DNA of 64,000 bases from Octopus vulgaris (GCA_951406725.2 OX597822.1:115878001-115942000); one strand, 5' to 3'. Positions 1-13,387 are shown, counted from the first letter of the stretch. Made by a program: numbers and translations. Notes: generated by a model from the sequence alone, not told the origin.

Positions 1-540
1 GTACAAAGTCACTTCTCTGAGAAGATGGAAGTTGATTTAAAACAAACCCAGAACTAGGTTGCTGACAGAAGAGCTGTCACTAAACAGCACAAGTCACTTT
101 ATTTGTAGCTCTACCGATTCAGCAACTTACATGTGTTAATGGAGAGATGTAATATTGCTCCATTTAATTACCAATTTTACAACAACCAACAGCTGACTGA
201 AGAAGGGGTGGTGAGTGTGTCTGCTAAACGAGTCAGGCTAAATTGGTTAATTAATTTTAGCAGTCAACTTAGTGCTTCACAGTTTCAGATTTAAAACTCT
301 GACAAGGTTCACTTAATTTCACTTTACTTTGGGAATTGATAAAATAAATAGCAGAAGCATTCATAGCCAAATGGCTTATAAGGTTTCATTGGTTGTTGAT
401 GTTGTTGTTGTTGTCGTCATTTAGCCGCAGGTTATCTCTGGCTGAGCAGACCTATGGTCAAAGGTGTCCAGATGTCCCAACACTGGTTATCCTACATTAT
501 TTACATTTGACGGATATTTATCCTCAACTTGTTTGTTGTT

Positions 541-586
541 AACACAACGTTTCGGCTGGTATACCCTCCAGCCTTCATCAGGTGTC
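541..586 (-). ncRNA. Minimal type I hammerhead ribozyme-like motif (PLE-type)
   Basis: The minus strand reads GACAC-CUGAUGA-A-GGCUGG-AGGGUAUA-CCAGCC-GAAA-CG-UU-GUGUU. This gives both core boxes, a 6-bp stem II, stem I GACAC/GUGUU and a minimal palindromic stem III. Activity cannot be judged from sequence. Confidence 0.6.
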
Positions 587-644
587 TTGGGGAAATTTCG
601 AACCTGGATTCTCATTCCTAAGGTATTTTTCAAAATTTCCCCAA

Positions 645-687
645 GACACCTGATGAAGGCTGGAGGGCATATCAGCCAAAATGTGTT
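645..687 (+). ncRNA. Degenerate second copy of the hammerhead-like motif
   Basis: The sequence is gacacctgatgaaggctggagggcatatcagccaaaatgtgtt. CUGAUGA and stem II are retained, but cgaaacg has become caaaatg (CpG decay), destroying the GAAA box. Confidence 0.45.
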
Positions 688-1432
688 AACAACGAACAAG
701 ATGAGGGCAAATATCCGTTAAATGTAAATAATGTACATAATTCCTCATCTCTTAAATATAGAACGGTACTGGTTATCCTGCTTCTTCCTTCCCAGATGCA
801 GTATACCTGTGACTACATTACTTAATGTACCTGGCATTACATAAGACAGGCTTCACCACTGGAGGTTAGCTCCACTGGCCTTACAAGCTTTCTTAAGTAG
901 AGCCATTAGAATCCATCCAATATTATCAAAATATGGAAGACCAACAACAAGAATAGTAACAAGGAGAAAGAGAAACAAACTGAAACACAAGCATCATCAT
1001 ATTACACAAGTGTTGTATTCGGGAAAATTTGACTGAAATATGGAATTTCCAACCATGGCATCTATTATTTCCCATTGACTTCCAAGTTACTCTGAGGTCA
1101 TGGGAAAATAAAAAGTTCATGATATGAAATTTCCGCTTTACAAGATATAAGGTGATGCAATGCTTCTGAAATGCAGCGGCGGGGGGCGGGGGGGGGGGGG
1201 GTTGTGAATATCAAAAACAAAATTAATGGCTGGTCAGGATAGGTCAGGACGGACAGGGCTAGAGAGTGAAGTTTAGCTCAAATATCAATAGGACAAGTAA
1301 ATGTGGGTAGAGAGAAACAAAGTTGTTATATGAGTGAACTAAAGCTTACATGAAAATGCAATAAACACAGACAGTCATTAGTTGTTTACAAATAAGGATA
1401 TTTTCCTTATAATTTGATATTTGGATTTTCAA

Positions 1433-1718
1433 ATTCCAGCGCCGCCTTGGCTGGCTTCCGTGCCCGTGGCACGTTAAAAGCACCAACTGATCGTGGCCGA
1501 TGCCGGACTCCCCTGGCACCTGTGCAGGTGGCACGTAAAAAGCACCCACTACACTCACGAAGTGGTTGGCGTTAGGAAGGGCATCCAGCTGTAGAAACTC
1601 TGCCAGATCAGACTGGAGCCTAGTGCAGCCCCTGGCTTCCCAGACCCCAGTCGAACCGTCCAACCCGTGCTAGCACAGAAAATGGATGTTAAACGATGAT
1701 GATGATGATGATGATGAT
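1433..1718 (+). mobile_element. SINE family B (RTE-type 3' tail, ends in (GAT)n), relatively young copy
   Basis: It contains aaaagcacccactacactc...gttggcgttaggaagggcatccagctgtagaaac...ccaaccc.tgc.agca..gaaaa.gga.gttaaacgatgatgat. The same module recurs near 1905-2078, 6770-7003, 16160-16345, 21960-22170 (+) and 58285-58470, 62425-62485 (-). Confidence 0.85.
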
Positions 1719-1904
1719 TGCATTGCACAAAGGAAAAGATTTTCAGTCTCACCTCCACAACTTCAAAGTGAAAAATTAAATGCAATACAGCTAAAACCTA
1801 AAGAGTGCATCACAGATATAAACTCAGATAGAGTGTTGTTATGGGTTACAGTTCTAGAAGCAAGCAAACATAGAAGATAGCTCTGTTAATTTTTAAAATG
1901 AAGA

Positions 1905-2078
1905 TGACACATAAAAGGCACCCACTGCACTCTTGGAGTGGTTAGCATTACAAAAGGCATCCAAGCGTAGAAACCATGCCAAATCAGAGTGGAGCCTGGT
2001 ACAGCTCTCCAAACTGTCTAACCCATGCCAGCATGGGAAATGGATGCTGTGATGATGATGATGATGATGATGATGATG
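1905..2078 (+). mobile_element. SINE family B, 3' part
   Basis: Homologous to 1535-1718, with a (GAT)n tail. Confidence 0.8.
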
Positions 2079-2496
2079 GGCATGTGGCCTGGCTCTCCAT
2101 TCGTCATGATGACAAGTGTTCTGGTCGATCCGATTAACAGAACAGCCTGCTCGAGAAATGAACACGCAAGTGGCTGAATGCTCCACAGATATGCATACCC
2201 TCAATGTAGTTCTCAAGGAAATTCAGCTTGGCATAGAATGTGACATAGGTAGACATTTAAATTGCCGGTACAATTCAATTTTGCCAGCTGAGTGAACTGG
2301 AGCAATATGAAATGTGCTGAATGCCCTAACCACAAAGACACACGCCTCCCTAATAAGCATATAAGCCATCCACTAAACAATCAGACCTTATTAGGAAATA
2401 CTTTTGTATCTTGCGAAGAATCCTCTTTACACAGCAGTAACACATATACCTATGTAGGACTGGGAACAAGTGTGTGTGTGTGTGTACATATACTCT

Positions 2497-2885
2497 CTAC
2501 TTGTTTTACTCATTTGACTGTGACCATACTGGAGTACCGCATTTAGTCGAGCAAATTGACCCCAGGACTTATTCTTTGTAAGCCTAGTACTTATTCTATC
2601 GGTCACTTTTGCCAAACTGCTAGGTTACGGGGATGTAAACACACCAGCATCGGTTGTCAAGCGATGTTAGGGGGACAAACACAGACACACAAACATATAT
2701 ATATATATACATATATGCGATGGGCTTCTTTCAGTTTCTGTCTACCAAATCTACTCACAAGGCTTTGGTCGGCCCGAGACTATAGTAGAAGACACTTGCC
2801 CAAGGTGCTACGCAGTGGGACTGAACCCAGAACCATGTAGTTCATAAGCAAGCTACTTACTACCACACAACCACTCCTACGCCTG
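2497..2885 (-). mobile_element. SINE family A (tRNA-derived head), full length
   Basis: Reverse complement of the 41698-42090 copy: head ggcgtaggagtggttgtgtggt..., B-box-like ggttcagtccc, internal microsatellite, tail ...gtcaaatgagtaaaacaagta. Confidence 0.85.
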
Positions 2886-3244
2886 TATGGTGAATAATAA
2901 CAAAAAACTAGATGATGAGTTCAAAATGACATATATATATTTGTGTGTGAGTGTGTATGCACAAGAGACATACACAAAGCAACGTATATTTTGTGTCTCC
3001 AAATATGTCAGTATATAAGTATAGGTATGCACATATATGTTTATGTCTAGGTACAAGGTATGTATATACATCTGTAAATACATGCTGAGAAAAACTGTTG
3101 CAAATCAGACGGGCTTTCTACATCACTCAACAATTCCTAAAGGAACAAACCTAAGTACCAAATAACAACATCAATAACAACAACAAAAATAATAATAATG
3201 TCCCTTCTACGGTTATTTTGATGTGCTGACCAATTGCACCAAAG

Positions 3245-3880
3245 GTTTCTAATTTTGGCACAAGGCCAGTAATTTTAGTGGGAGAGGTTTAGTTGATTTC
3301 ATCAACCCTAGTACTTGACTGGTACTTTATTTTATGAACCCCAGAAGGGATGAAAAGCAAAGGTGACTTTGGCATTATTTGAACTCAGAATTTGAAGGGT
3401 CATAAATAAATAAATAAATGCAACACATTTTTTCTGATCCTTCTAAGGACTCTGCCAGTTTAACACTTTTAATAACCTTTTCCTAACATAGGTATAAAGT
3501 AAAACAGGCAATCATACTAACCCAGTGCCTGACTGACCCTTTATTATATCCACCCCAGAGGGATGAAAGGCAAAGTTAATCTGGCCAGGATTTGAACTCA
3601 GAATAGAAGGAAACAGAATACTACAAGGCATGTTTTCTGACATAGAATCGGCCAATCTGCCACCCTGATAATAATAAAAATAATACTTTCTACTCTAGGC
3701 ACAAGGCCTGAAATTTGGGAGGAGCAGGCTAATCAGTTATATCTACCCCAGTATACAACTGGTACTTACTTTACTGGCCCCAGACAGATGAAAGGCTAAG
3801 TTAACCTTATTGGAATTTGAACTCAGAACATGAAGATATGAAATGCCACTTGGCATGCTAACGATTCTGCTGGCTCAATA
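3245..3880 (-). mobile_element. Three adjacent decayed copies of SINE family C (Meta-domain-like central region)
   Basis: The motif actggtact..ttt...ccc.gaa.ggatgaaaggcaaag...ggaatttgaactcagaa recurs at ~3320-3390, ~3530-3605 and ~3760-3830. Confidence 0.75.
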
Positions 3881-6769
3881 ATAATAGCAAAAACTTATTA
3901 GAATACAAGAACTTAATTACTGTTGAGTTTGATGTTTGTTGTCCATTCCACTCAAACATAGAATCTAATAACAACTTTTTCGATTTGTGGTAGAAAAGAA
4001 TTTGTCATATTCATGGCTTTCTTAAAAATACTTGCAAATATAAATGAAGTGATTTCTGCAAGGAACTGAAGCCATTCTTCTGTTCTATAGCACTCCCTAA
4101 ACAGGTAATGTACAGGGTGGGGGGGAAACAGGTACGGAACTCAGTTAAACAGTTATTGACTAGAACAGAGAATGGAATTATAACTTTGAGGCACGAAACA
4201 AAGAACAGCCTGGACAACTATTGTCTTAGCCATAAAAATGTTAAGTCTCTCAGCAGTTAATTAGCATTATATATATATATATAAATATTTAAAAAAAAGC
4301 AGCATTTACCTAAAAAAATTCCTCTGATTACATGTAAAAATTCTTTCAGCTGAGAAGTTAGTGACAAAAAACATCAAAAGTTGAAATAGCTAACCTTGAG
4401 TGAGTTTGGATGAAGAATCACAACAGAAGGGCACCGGCTGTAGATCCAGGGTAGAACCACATCAAAGTTTGGAAAAGCAGTATCAGAGGTAGGTAAAGGG
4501 TTAGATTAACGTATGAATTCTAAAATCCCTTCTTCTAATGAAATCACCAAAAACTTTACGCCAAATCATTTTAATACGGGGTGGGGAACTACGCAAACAG
4601 GTCAGGTGATAGAGTGACAATTCATAACTGAAAGCATACCATATAGTCATACATGCACATGCATATTATGCATCTGTGTAATATCTTTCCATTGCATACA
4701 CATTCATAGCTGCATGATATAAATATATATATATATATGATGCATTATATACATAATACATATATAAAGCTTCTATTTATAATGCATTTATATAATCAAA
4801 AGAAACTGGAGAACTGCAAAGCATTATAATTGTCAGGAAGAATTGATATTGGTGCAATATGGAACAGCAGTAGCACCGCCTCTTCATGAAGTTGGATAAC
4901 TTTTTTTTTGTTTGAAGTAGAGCACAAAAGTATGCTCAGTGTAGGCTCATGCAAGAGCAAAGCTAAACATTAGAAAATGTTTTAAACTCAATGAAAGACA
5001 CACTAAAGTTGGTATTGAAAAACAAAAAAAAATTGCAATAATAATAATAAATACTGTATTCTTCGCTTTCTGTCTCTCAATGTATCTCACCAGAACAACT
5101 TGCAATCCCCAATGAAAGAACAACAAGATACGAATTGCTAAGCTAACAGCCATTTGTCACGAGTGCAGGAAGTGGGAGTACGACAAGCAGATCAGCCAGT
5201 CTGATGCAAGCCACAATAGCTTCACCTCTTTATTATATTCGCAACACTCTTCATGGAAATCTACACTCAATATAGACATTATGGAAACTAACACAAGGCA
5301 GAACTTGAGAGGAAAAGACCTCAAGAATAAGCAAGGCAAGGAAGAAGAAAAAAAAAAACAATAATAATAACAAGCTATTAGTAAATGTGGACAAATAGAG
5401 AGCAATGTTAGAGATCATGCCAGTATTTTGGCAAGAAAGGAATTCTTTTAAGTGGTTAATGTAAAATGTCTTAGAAAATGATTTTAAATAAAATAAGAAT
5501 AATAATTAAAAAAACAAAAAAAAAGAGAGAAAAAAGCATGAAGAGAAATGACAAGTGAATAGCTGCAATTGAAATAGGAATAATTCAACTTATACTGAAT
5601 ATCTCTTTATTCATGCTATCAATAAGGACTGCTGTATAGCTATGTCACTGATAAACGCCTTTGCTAGGTAGAGAGCGGAAAATTCTAGAGAATTGTAGTA
5701 AAACATCAAATGAGAAATCTTTTATAAAAACACAAAAAAAAACCCAATATCTTACACACATATAAAAGGTAAGGGGGGGGGGGCAAAAAGAGCTAATAAG
5801 AATTTTCAAAGTAAAGCAGTATTTTGATGGATAATCAGTCGTAGTTAAGAATAATATTAATATATGGAGAATTTTTCAGTGGTAAACACACAAGGTAGGG
5901 TCGGTTGTTAGAATTCTGAGATAAAAAGTCTTTATTAATGCGTATACATATATTATTCTGGTACCGGAACACAAATTGTAAGCAACCAATAGAATTGCAA
6001 CAATCTGAGGCAGGTTTCTGTTAGCACACAATGATAAATCTTGGAGACTTTGCTGTCAAAAGCTATCAGGTGAAAAGTATTGAAAATAATAATAAAAATG
6101 TTCACTAAACATACCATTGACACAAAAGTAGATTTGTGAGAGAATAAGATGTTATTTGAGAAAGTTAAAAGATGTTAGTGGCCAGAGGCAATAGTTAGTT
6201 ACACCTCGTGTGTATTAAGCTGGCTGGTTGTTATTATTATTATTATTATCAACATTTTTTGTTTTTTGCACATGCACACGTATATATACAAGGCACATTT
6301 GGTTATCATTCCTTTTCATCTTACATCATAATTAACTTGAGAGCAATAAAAAGACCAAAATAAAATTATCAATAAATAAGTAAACGTAAAAAGATTACAA
6401 GGAGAGAGAGAGAGAGAGGTGGGGGGAGAAAAGTAAAATAAAATGTACAAGATAAAATGCCAGTTTGGAAAAAAAAGAAATTCAAACTGAGAAATTTGCA
6501 CAGAATGAACCCAGCAACAACTAAAAGTTATTTCTGCATTCTAATATAATACAGGTAAATATGGTAGGGGCATGCACATGTAATATAGCAAGGTGAAAAC
6601 TTTCTATTAAGATTATCCAAGCAATTAGTAGATAAAAACTCCCTCCACAGGGTGTTTAAACCTTAAAAACAACAAGTCAGTTAAATCTATATTTGTTGAT
6701 ATTCATAATCACTGTTACTACATTGCCTCCACTCTTGTATGTATGAGTGATGATGTGTGTGTATACGCA

Positions 6770-7174
6770 TTCCAGTGCCACATAAAAGACCACTTGTACT
6801 GGTGCCACATATAAGAGCATTCGTGCCAGTGCCACATAAAGAGCACCCAACACACCCTGTAAAGTGGTTGGTGTTAGGAAGGACATCATCAAGCCAAATC
6901 AGATTGGAACCTGGTGCAACTCCTCTGCTTGCCAGCTCCAGTCAAACCATCCAACCCATGCCAGCATGGAAAATAGATGTTAAAGGATGATGATGATGAT
7001 GATGTGTATATAAATGTGGCTGGGTGCTTAAGAAGCTTGCTTCCCAACTATTTTGCATTGGGTTCAGTCCCACTGTGTAGCACTTTGGGTAAGTGTCATC
7101 AACTACAGCCCTGGACCAACCAAAACCTTGAGAATGGACTTGGACAGAAACTAAAACTAAAAAAATCTTATGAG

Positions 7175-7175
<1 letters not shown>
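6770..7175 (+). mobile_element. SINE family B followed by the 5' part of SINE family A
   Basis: The family B body with its (GAT)n tail runs to ~7003. It is followed by gtggctgggtg...aagcttgcttcccaac...gggttcagtcccactgtgtagcactttggg, the family A head. Confidence 0.75.
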
Positions 7176-7208
<33 letters not shown>

Positions 7209-7252
7209 GTCACTCTGAGATTAATGATTCTGTTGCTGCTGCTGCTGCTAAA

Positions 7253-7285
<33 letters not shown>

Positions 7286-8579
7286 TGCAGCATACAAACG
7301 TAGCCTTTGACAGAAGCCTTTTATAATAAGACATTGCACCAGTTATATTGATCTTTATATATCTGTTTGAAAATGAACAGTGTTTGTGTGTGTGTGCGTG
7401 TGTGTGTGTGCGTGTGTGTGTGTGTATGTGTGTGCGTGCGTGCGTGTGCACATGGTTGATAGTGGATATGTGCACAAATGTAAGCAAATAGCCATGCAAA
7501 TTTCTGTGAGGATTCATGCATGGTCATGCATTCTTTCATTGCACACACACACACACACACAGTCACATACCTGCAAATGTCTATGGAGCTGATATAAGAA
7601 TATGAGTGAAGTATGATTACCAGTCTGTAGTAGAGAATGAGTGTGCAGGATTCCATTTGTATTTGAGCAGAAAGAGAGATATCAATGGAACAGACCAACA
7701 CAAATAAGGAAAAAATAAAACAGGAAAAAAACAAAAAACAGTTGAATATGTGAGGATGTGTGAGTGTGGGTATTTGTGAATTTATAATGGATAGCAAGAG
7801 ATAGGGTACCAAGCCACAGAAATTATGTATACTAATAATATACAAATTTACAACACCAACCAACTATAACACATTATGCAAAAATGAATAGATGTGTTTG
7901 TGAGTTGAGAGAGAAAAGGAGAAGAGGAAGGAGAAAGAGAGGCATAAGGTATTCCCATGTAAGAGAATGTTGGTTTGATGTTAAAACTGTGTAACATTAT
8001 GAATCTGTGAGCACTCGAACTGATAAAAGAAACTGAAAAAAAACAGAGAGAGAGAGAGAGAGATGAGAACAAATATCAGAGTTGGTGGGAAAGATGAGAT
8101 GCATTGCTGGACATGGTTTGTTGCATGAGTGAGAGGTTGTGAAGATTAAAGTTAGAAGGAAGTTTGCAAATAAATGCTGCTGGAATCTGGTTTCTTGTCA
8201 AGCTGTAATGTTTGGGGATGCTGAGCGCTGAGTGTTTGAGATCAACATTGATTGGGCAGCTGAGTGTGGAAGGAAGCAAGCAGCAAGTCCAGTAGTGCAC
8301 AAAAGTCCATTAATAAAAGTGATGCAAATAGTTTCTGCTAGTCTGTAAAGAAACTACACAGTCCACTAAACAATTGTATCTCTCTGCTCCAGTGATCAAC
8401 AAACAAACATTGCTAGTTGAGAAGATAGTTGAACAGTGGTGAAACCGTAGAGAAATCAATAATGTACCGTCAGGCAAAGTGACATAAGGAAAAAAACCAA
8501 AAAAAAACATCAAGTCATTGCAGAGTAGAAAAAAAAAATATCAACTAAAAATAAGTATCCCAATTATAATCTTCCAGCA

Positions 8580-9460
8580 TCATGCGCACATGCTCTTGAA
8601 TAAGCATAATGAGAGCTTGTGGCAAATATAGCAGGTGGCTATAAGAAAAACAAAAAGGATGCTGATCTCCAAGAAAGAAGACAAACTTTAGACACAATGG
8701 AAATCTCAGGGGGAACTTGTTTTCCACAGCTTTCAAGACATGTTTTGTGGGATGTTGCATTGAACTGAGCTGGGTAACATGCCCCGGATACCTGCTAATA
8801 TAAGAAAACCTGGCAGTTTTATAAAAAGTGCCCTGTGTAAGATACAAAATCTACCTCAGCAAAATAGAAACACGCCAGAAAATTTCACAGGGTCTGGAAA
8901 CACTCATTGAAACATGATTATTGGCTGAAGTCTGTGGCCGATTCAGTATCAATAAAAAAATTCTTCAAACAATTTCAGTTAAGTGATTAAATAAGAGTTT
9001 TCTTTTTGGTGTCTTCAATTCTAAAAAGTCACTAAAGAATGCATTTGTCTACAAATTGCATGGATAATATCAAAGATTGCAGCTCACTATACTAAATATG
9101 TGAAACTCCACTGAGGTATTTTAACCTCAGATATCTTGCAGATACACCACAGCATATTAGTGACATAATAAATAAGACTAATGTCCCCTCATTCCATGCT
9201 GAGTCACAGAAATTGCTCTCTTATCCTACAAAGGAGGTGTCTTGTACAAACACAGACAACTGCATGATGTCCAAGAAGTCATTCCCGTCTTTGTAACTAT
9301 TAGAGTTGACATGTAATTGAGCAGAGCAGAGAATTGAACCGAAGCAAAATACTGAACATTAAAAACCATGGCTACACCAACTGGAAGAAGCTTTCCAACA
9401 ACATTGTTTATACAAAATCTTGTGTGGAACCTGGACATTTAGGAAAAGACTGCTTACTTC
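8580..9460 (+). pseudogene. Highly decayed non-LTR retrotransposon, restriction-like endonuclease type (HERO/NeSL-like C-terminus)
   Basis: Frameshifted hand translation gives, in the expected order, QWKSQG, PANIRKPG..KKCPV, SQG..KHD, TPQHI, LLELTC (9297-9314; cf. IELTVPW/ELTCP) and VEPGHLG (9424-9444; cf. VEVGCRG). There are many stops and the boundaries are approximate. Confidence 0.45.
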
Positions 9461-10062
9461 TATACTGAAAACATTGTCAAAAGGTATCAATTCAAGTGAT
9501 TAAAATGAGAAAAATGACACCAGTTTTATAAATAAGAGTCAAGTGAGGAACGGGAACAGGTTGGATGAGGTGAGAGAAGTTCAAGGATGATGCAGTATGA
9601 CAAGAGCTTCTCTATCAACCATTCTCTTTGGAGAAAGTAAACTCCTGATTATGTATTAGAGAAGAGAACTTTTCATCTCAGTTTAACATTTGAACTAAAG
9701 TGAAAGAAAATTCAGGAGTATGGACTCATAATGAATTCTATAGCATTAAGACAACCGGATCTAAGTATTTTTCCAGAATAGTCCATTGTTGTAGATAAGA
9801 TTAAACTTGAAAATGTACTGCAATCAAGTTTCCTAGATAAACACACAGTTGTTGATAAATGTACACAAAATGTTACACAGCATGTTTTGTGCAGAGCGAT
9901 GAGTTTACAAACACTGATCTAAATGGAATTACATACAAATTATGTCATGTAAATAAATATGCACTCAGATATTCCAGAACAAAGTTTATGTGATCAAAAT
10001 ATAAGCAGAGTCCTATCAACGGACATAAGTGTTTTTAAACTTGAAAGAGTTTATAGTTCTCT

Positions 10063-10470
10063 TTTACTCTCTTTCACTTATTTCAGTCATCTGACTGTGG
10101 CCATGCTGGAGCACCACCTTTAGTCGAGCAAATCGACCCCAGGACTTATTCTTTGTAAGCCTAGTACTTATTCTATCGGTCTCTTTTGCAGAACTGCTAA
10201 GTGACAGCAACGTAAACACACCAGCATTAGTTGTCAAGTGATGTTGGGGGGGGGGGAGACAAACACACAAACATATACACACACATACATATGTATGCAT
10301 ACAAATATATGATGGGCTTCTTTCAGTTTCCATCTACCAAATTCACTCACAGGGCTTTGGTTGGCCCAAGGCTATAGTAGAAGACACTTGCCCAAGGTGC
10401 CACACAGTGGGACTGAACCCGGAACCATGTGGTTGGTAAGCAAGCTCCTTACCACACAGCCACTCCTACG
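10063..10470 (-). mobile_element. SINE family A, full length
   Basis: Near-collinear with 2497-2885 and with the reverse complement of 41698-42090. Confidence 0.85.
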
Positions 10471-11194
10471 TTCTAAACACTACTTACATTTCACACTCAT
10501 AAGTTTATATATCTACCTACACTGGTTACATATAAATTTTCACTTCAACTAGAGGAGTGCTGAAGAATTTTTTCCCTTTTTTTGGTGATTTTCTCCAAAG
10601 TAATATTTTTATCAGTATATGTAGGTGCCATATTGACACATTGTCTGAGTATTGGATAGAATGACTTGCAGTATTTGTTTCAAACTCTGTGCTCTGAGTT
10701 CAAATCCAGCTGAAGTCAACTTTGTCTTCGTCCTTTTCAAACTGACACAAAGATTCTAATTAGAATGTGGGAAACTAGCAGAACTGGATGAGAGGCCTTG
10801 CAATATCGATTCAAACCATTTGCTTCCTGACAGCAACACCCACAAACAACACAACATCAGCTTAAAAGCGGTGAGCCTTGCTCTTGAGTAACATCAAAGG
10901 CTCAAAGAGACAGGGAGACCCGCTTGCAAGGGCAACTGTCAATCATAGAATAAACTTGCCCAGGCTTGTGCATACAAATGCAAATATAGGGTCAAACCTG
11001 AACAGCAGAGCTCTCCTCTCTCTCTCTACCTATGTCTGCATGTGCACAAACGATTACAATAGTCTGCTGCTGTGGTTCTGCACCAGTATGCCACATATTT
11101 GAATAAAAAAATTATAATTTAAGGTTGTAGAAAATCAATACTAATGTTTAAAGCATCTCAAAAACATGTTTTTTTACATAATTTTGCTTTGTAT

Positions 11195-11570
11195 TTTTCT
11201 TTTACTTTTCTCGGTCACTGGACTGCGATCATACTGTGATACCACCTTCAAGGGTTTGGGTCAAACAAATCAACCCTAATGCTTGAGGTTTTTTTGTTTT
11301 TTGTAAGTCTGGTAGTTATTTTATTGCTCTCTTTTGCTGAACAACTAAGTTATGAGGACATAAGCAAACCAACATCAGCTATCAAGTGGTTGAACACACA
11401 CACACTCGCATTCAATGGGCTTCCAAACAGTTTCCAATCTACAAAATTCACTCACAGGCATTGGTCAGCCTGGGGCTGTATAGTGGAAGACATTTGCCCA
11501 AGGTACCATACAGAGAGACTGAACCACAAACTACACGGTTGCAGAGTGAGCTTAACTACATAGCCATGTA
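11195..11570 (-). mobile_element. SINE family A, old copy
   Basis: Diverged but collinear with 10063-10470. Confidence 0.7.
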
Positions 11571-11849
11571 AGTACCTACATATGATGAACAAAACAAGAT
11601 AAACAATAACTTTTGTCGTTTTTTTCTAAATTTCTAACTTTTAAACCACTTTTTATCTTTTGTTAGGTTTTCTCTGCAAAGCACATTGGCTATTTTGTCT
11701 TCAAGTTTGATCTGCAGTTGATCATGAGGTAAAAAGAATGAGAACCAACTGCACTCTAAAGACAAACATGTGTAAATACCGCATTACAAACAGAGAAGAA
11801 AGAGGTCAGTCAATGGTATTACTGATGGGAACACTATTGTGAAGTATGA

Positions 11850-12480
11850 CATGACAAAACGAAAAACAATGGCCATTGAGAGATATGTTAGAAGGACATC
11901 GTTCTTCTCTAAGTGGTGAGCATGAGTCATGGGGCCACAAGTTTATTAGTCTCTGATAAAAACTAAATGCGCAAAAAAAAATCCTGGGATTGGTCAGAGA
12001 TCCACTGATGAGGCTCTACTTGTTTGCATACTTCTACAACGTGCACTGCTCTCGTATTAAAAGATAACAGGTCATCACGTGACTAAAGAACCTAAAATAA
12101 CTGACCTCGAATCTGAAGAGAGAGAGAGTGAGTTAAAAGACTGCTGTGGGAAAATTACTCCTTTTAGGGTAACTGCGATCGAATGATGCAAACAGACTGC
12201 CTTAATCTGTAGACACATGACTGCAACAAGGTTCAGGACAAGAGATTGTCACAGTGCCTGAACTATCTACACATGGGCTAACAATGGAGCCTCCGTAACC
12301 ATTTGACCAGCTTGAAATAGCAGCCAAATTGCCAGTGAGAAAAGGAGGACACACAGGATAATGGTAGTTGTACAGAAATACAAAATGGTCCTAAGTTTGC
12401 TTGACAAGGGCCAAAATAAGGATAGGCTATAACTTGCCCATTTACTGGTCAGCAGGTAATGAGGGATAGTACTTATTCCC
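11850..12480 (+). pseudogene. Possible R2/NeSL-like LINE relic (zinc knuckle/endonuclease region)
   Basis: CSRIKR at ~12047 (cf. RIxRHN), GHHVTKEPKI at 12070-12099 (cf. GxxVxxEPxI), and later SVTI..IASEK (cf. DVT...A.EK..KY). These are short motifs only. Confidence 0.3.
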
Positions 12481-13300
12481 TTCACAGTCCAGTGTTTGTG
12501 ATGGGCAGACTCATTGGTATGCTGAGAGACATTTCATCTATCTTTATGTTCTGGGTTCAAATGCCACTAGGGTTAATAAAACAAGTACCAGTTTAAGCAC
12601 TGGGGTTGATTTAATCCCCTTAGCCCCAGCTCTGAAATTTCTAACCTGGTGCCAAAAATTTGAAACTAACATAATTTAGATTGTAAAATCTGTGCAGTTT
12701 ATGATATGAACATGAAAGAATGAAAATGACACAAGCAAATAGAAAAGAAAAACACACGCAATCCTCAGTTGTGTTGTAGATTTGGTAAGATATCCATTAA
12801 AAAGAAACACATACATCCATTTTAGATAATTAGGAATTGAGGAGATGGGAGATGGCGGGTATGTCAAGGTAACTGAGTACTCTCAACATTTACTCTGTAC
12901 ACACACACACACACACACACAGAGCTTGTGTGTTAGTGCAATGGAAATCTCCACCCCTCTGCACATGGTCGAATGATTGGTGAACATGCAGAGGTAAAGT
13001 TGAGTTGTGCTTTAGCATTGTCTCACTGAAGACTTGAAAACTTCTCTGATGCTGACACCATGAAGAATACACCTAGAACAGAGTGTAAAGTTGAAGGTAA
13101 GTTAATGGGGGAAGCATAAGGTTGCAAGGTCTCTTTACTCTGGTCTCACTTCTTCTAGTGATGATGCCATGAGTATATGCAACTAGTAAACCCTGTGAAG
13201 TGGTTGTCAATAGGAAAGGCAGCCAAAAACCAAACTAAAGGAACGCATATGAGCACCAGCCTATGGCAGCAGTGACACCAAAGAAGAAATGAGTGGGGTT

Positions 13301-13387
13301 GTGACCTGTCCAAAACATGCAGGTATCATGTGACCTGTCCAAAACATGCAGGTATCATGTGACCTGTCCAAAACATGCAGGTATCAT
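13301..13387 (+). repeat. Perfect 3 x 29-bp tandem repeat
   Basis: gtgacctgtccaaaacatgcaggtatcat occurs three times exactly (13301, 13330, 13359), inside a decayed family B SINE tail. Confidence 0.95.

Larger units (their letters stand above)
494..767. mobile_element. Non-autonomous Penelope-like element, fold-back form, with 12-bp TSD
   Basis: The left arm (494-~598) is the reverse complement of the right arm (~633-735). The right arm runs on for ~32 bp (cataattcctcatctcttaaatatagaacggt). The direct repeat actggttatcct lies at 482-493 and 768-779. Same family as 57290-57619. Confidence 0.8.

Noticed and set aside
1177-1202. Poly-G tract as a regulatory G-quadruplex
   Set aside because: Homopolymer G runs occur repeatedly in this window, with no supporting context.
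7600-8100. Possible CR1-like LINE 3' relic on the minus strand (HPH, SF..NT..WN-like words)
   Set aside because: The motifs are too short and need multiple frameshifts.
13301-13387. 29-bp repeats as a CRISPR array
   Set aside because: There are no spacers, the context is eukaryotic, and no cas genes are present.
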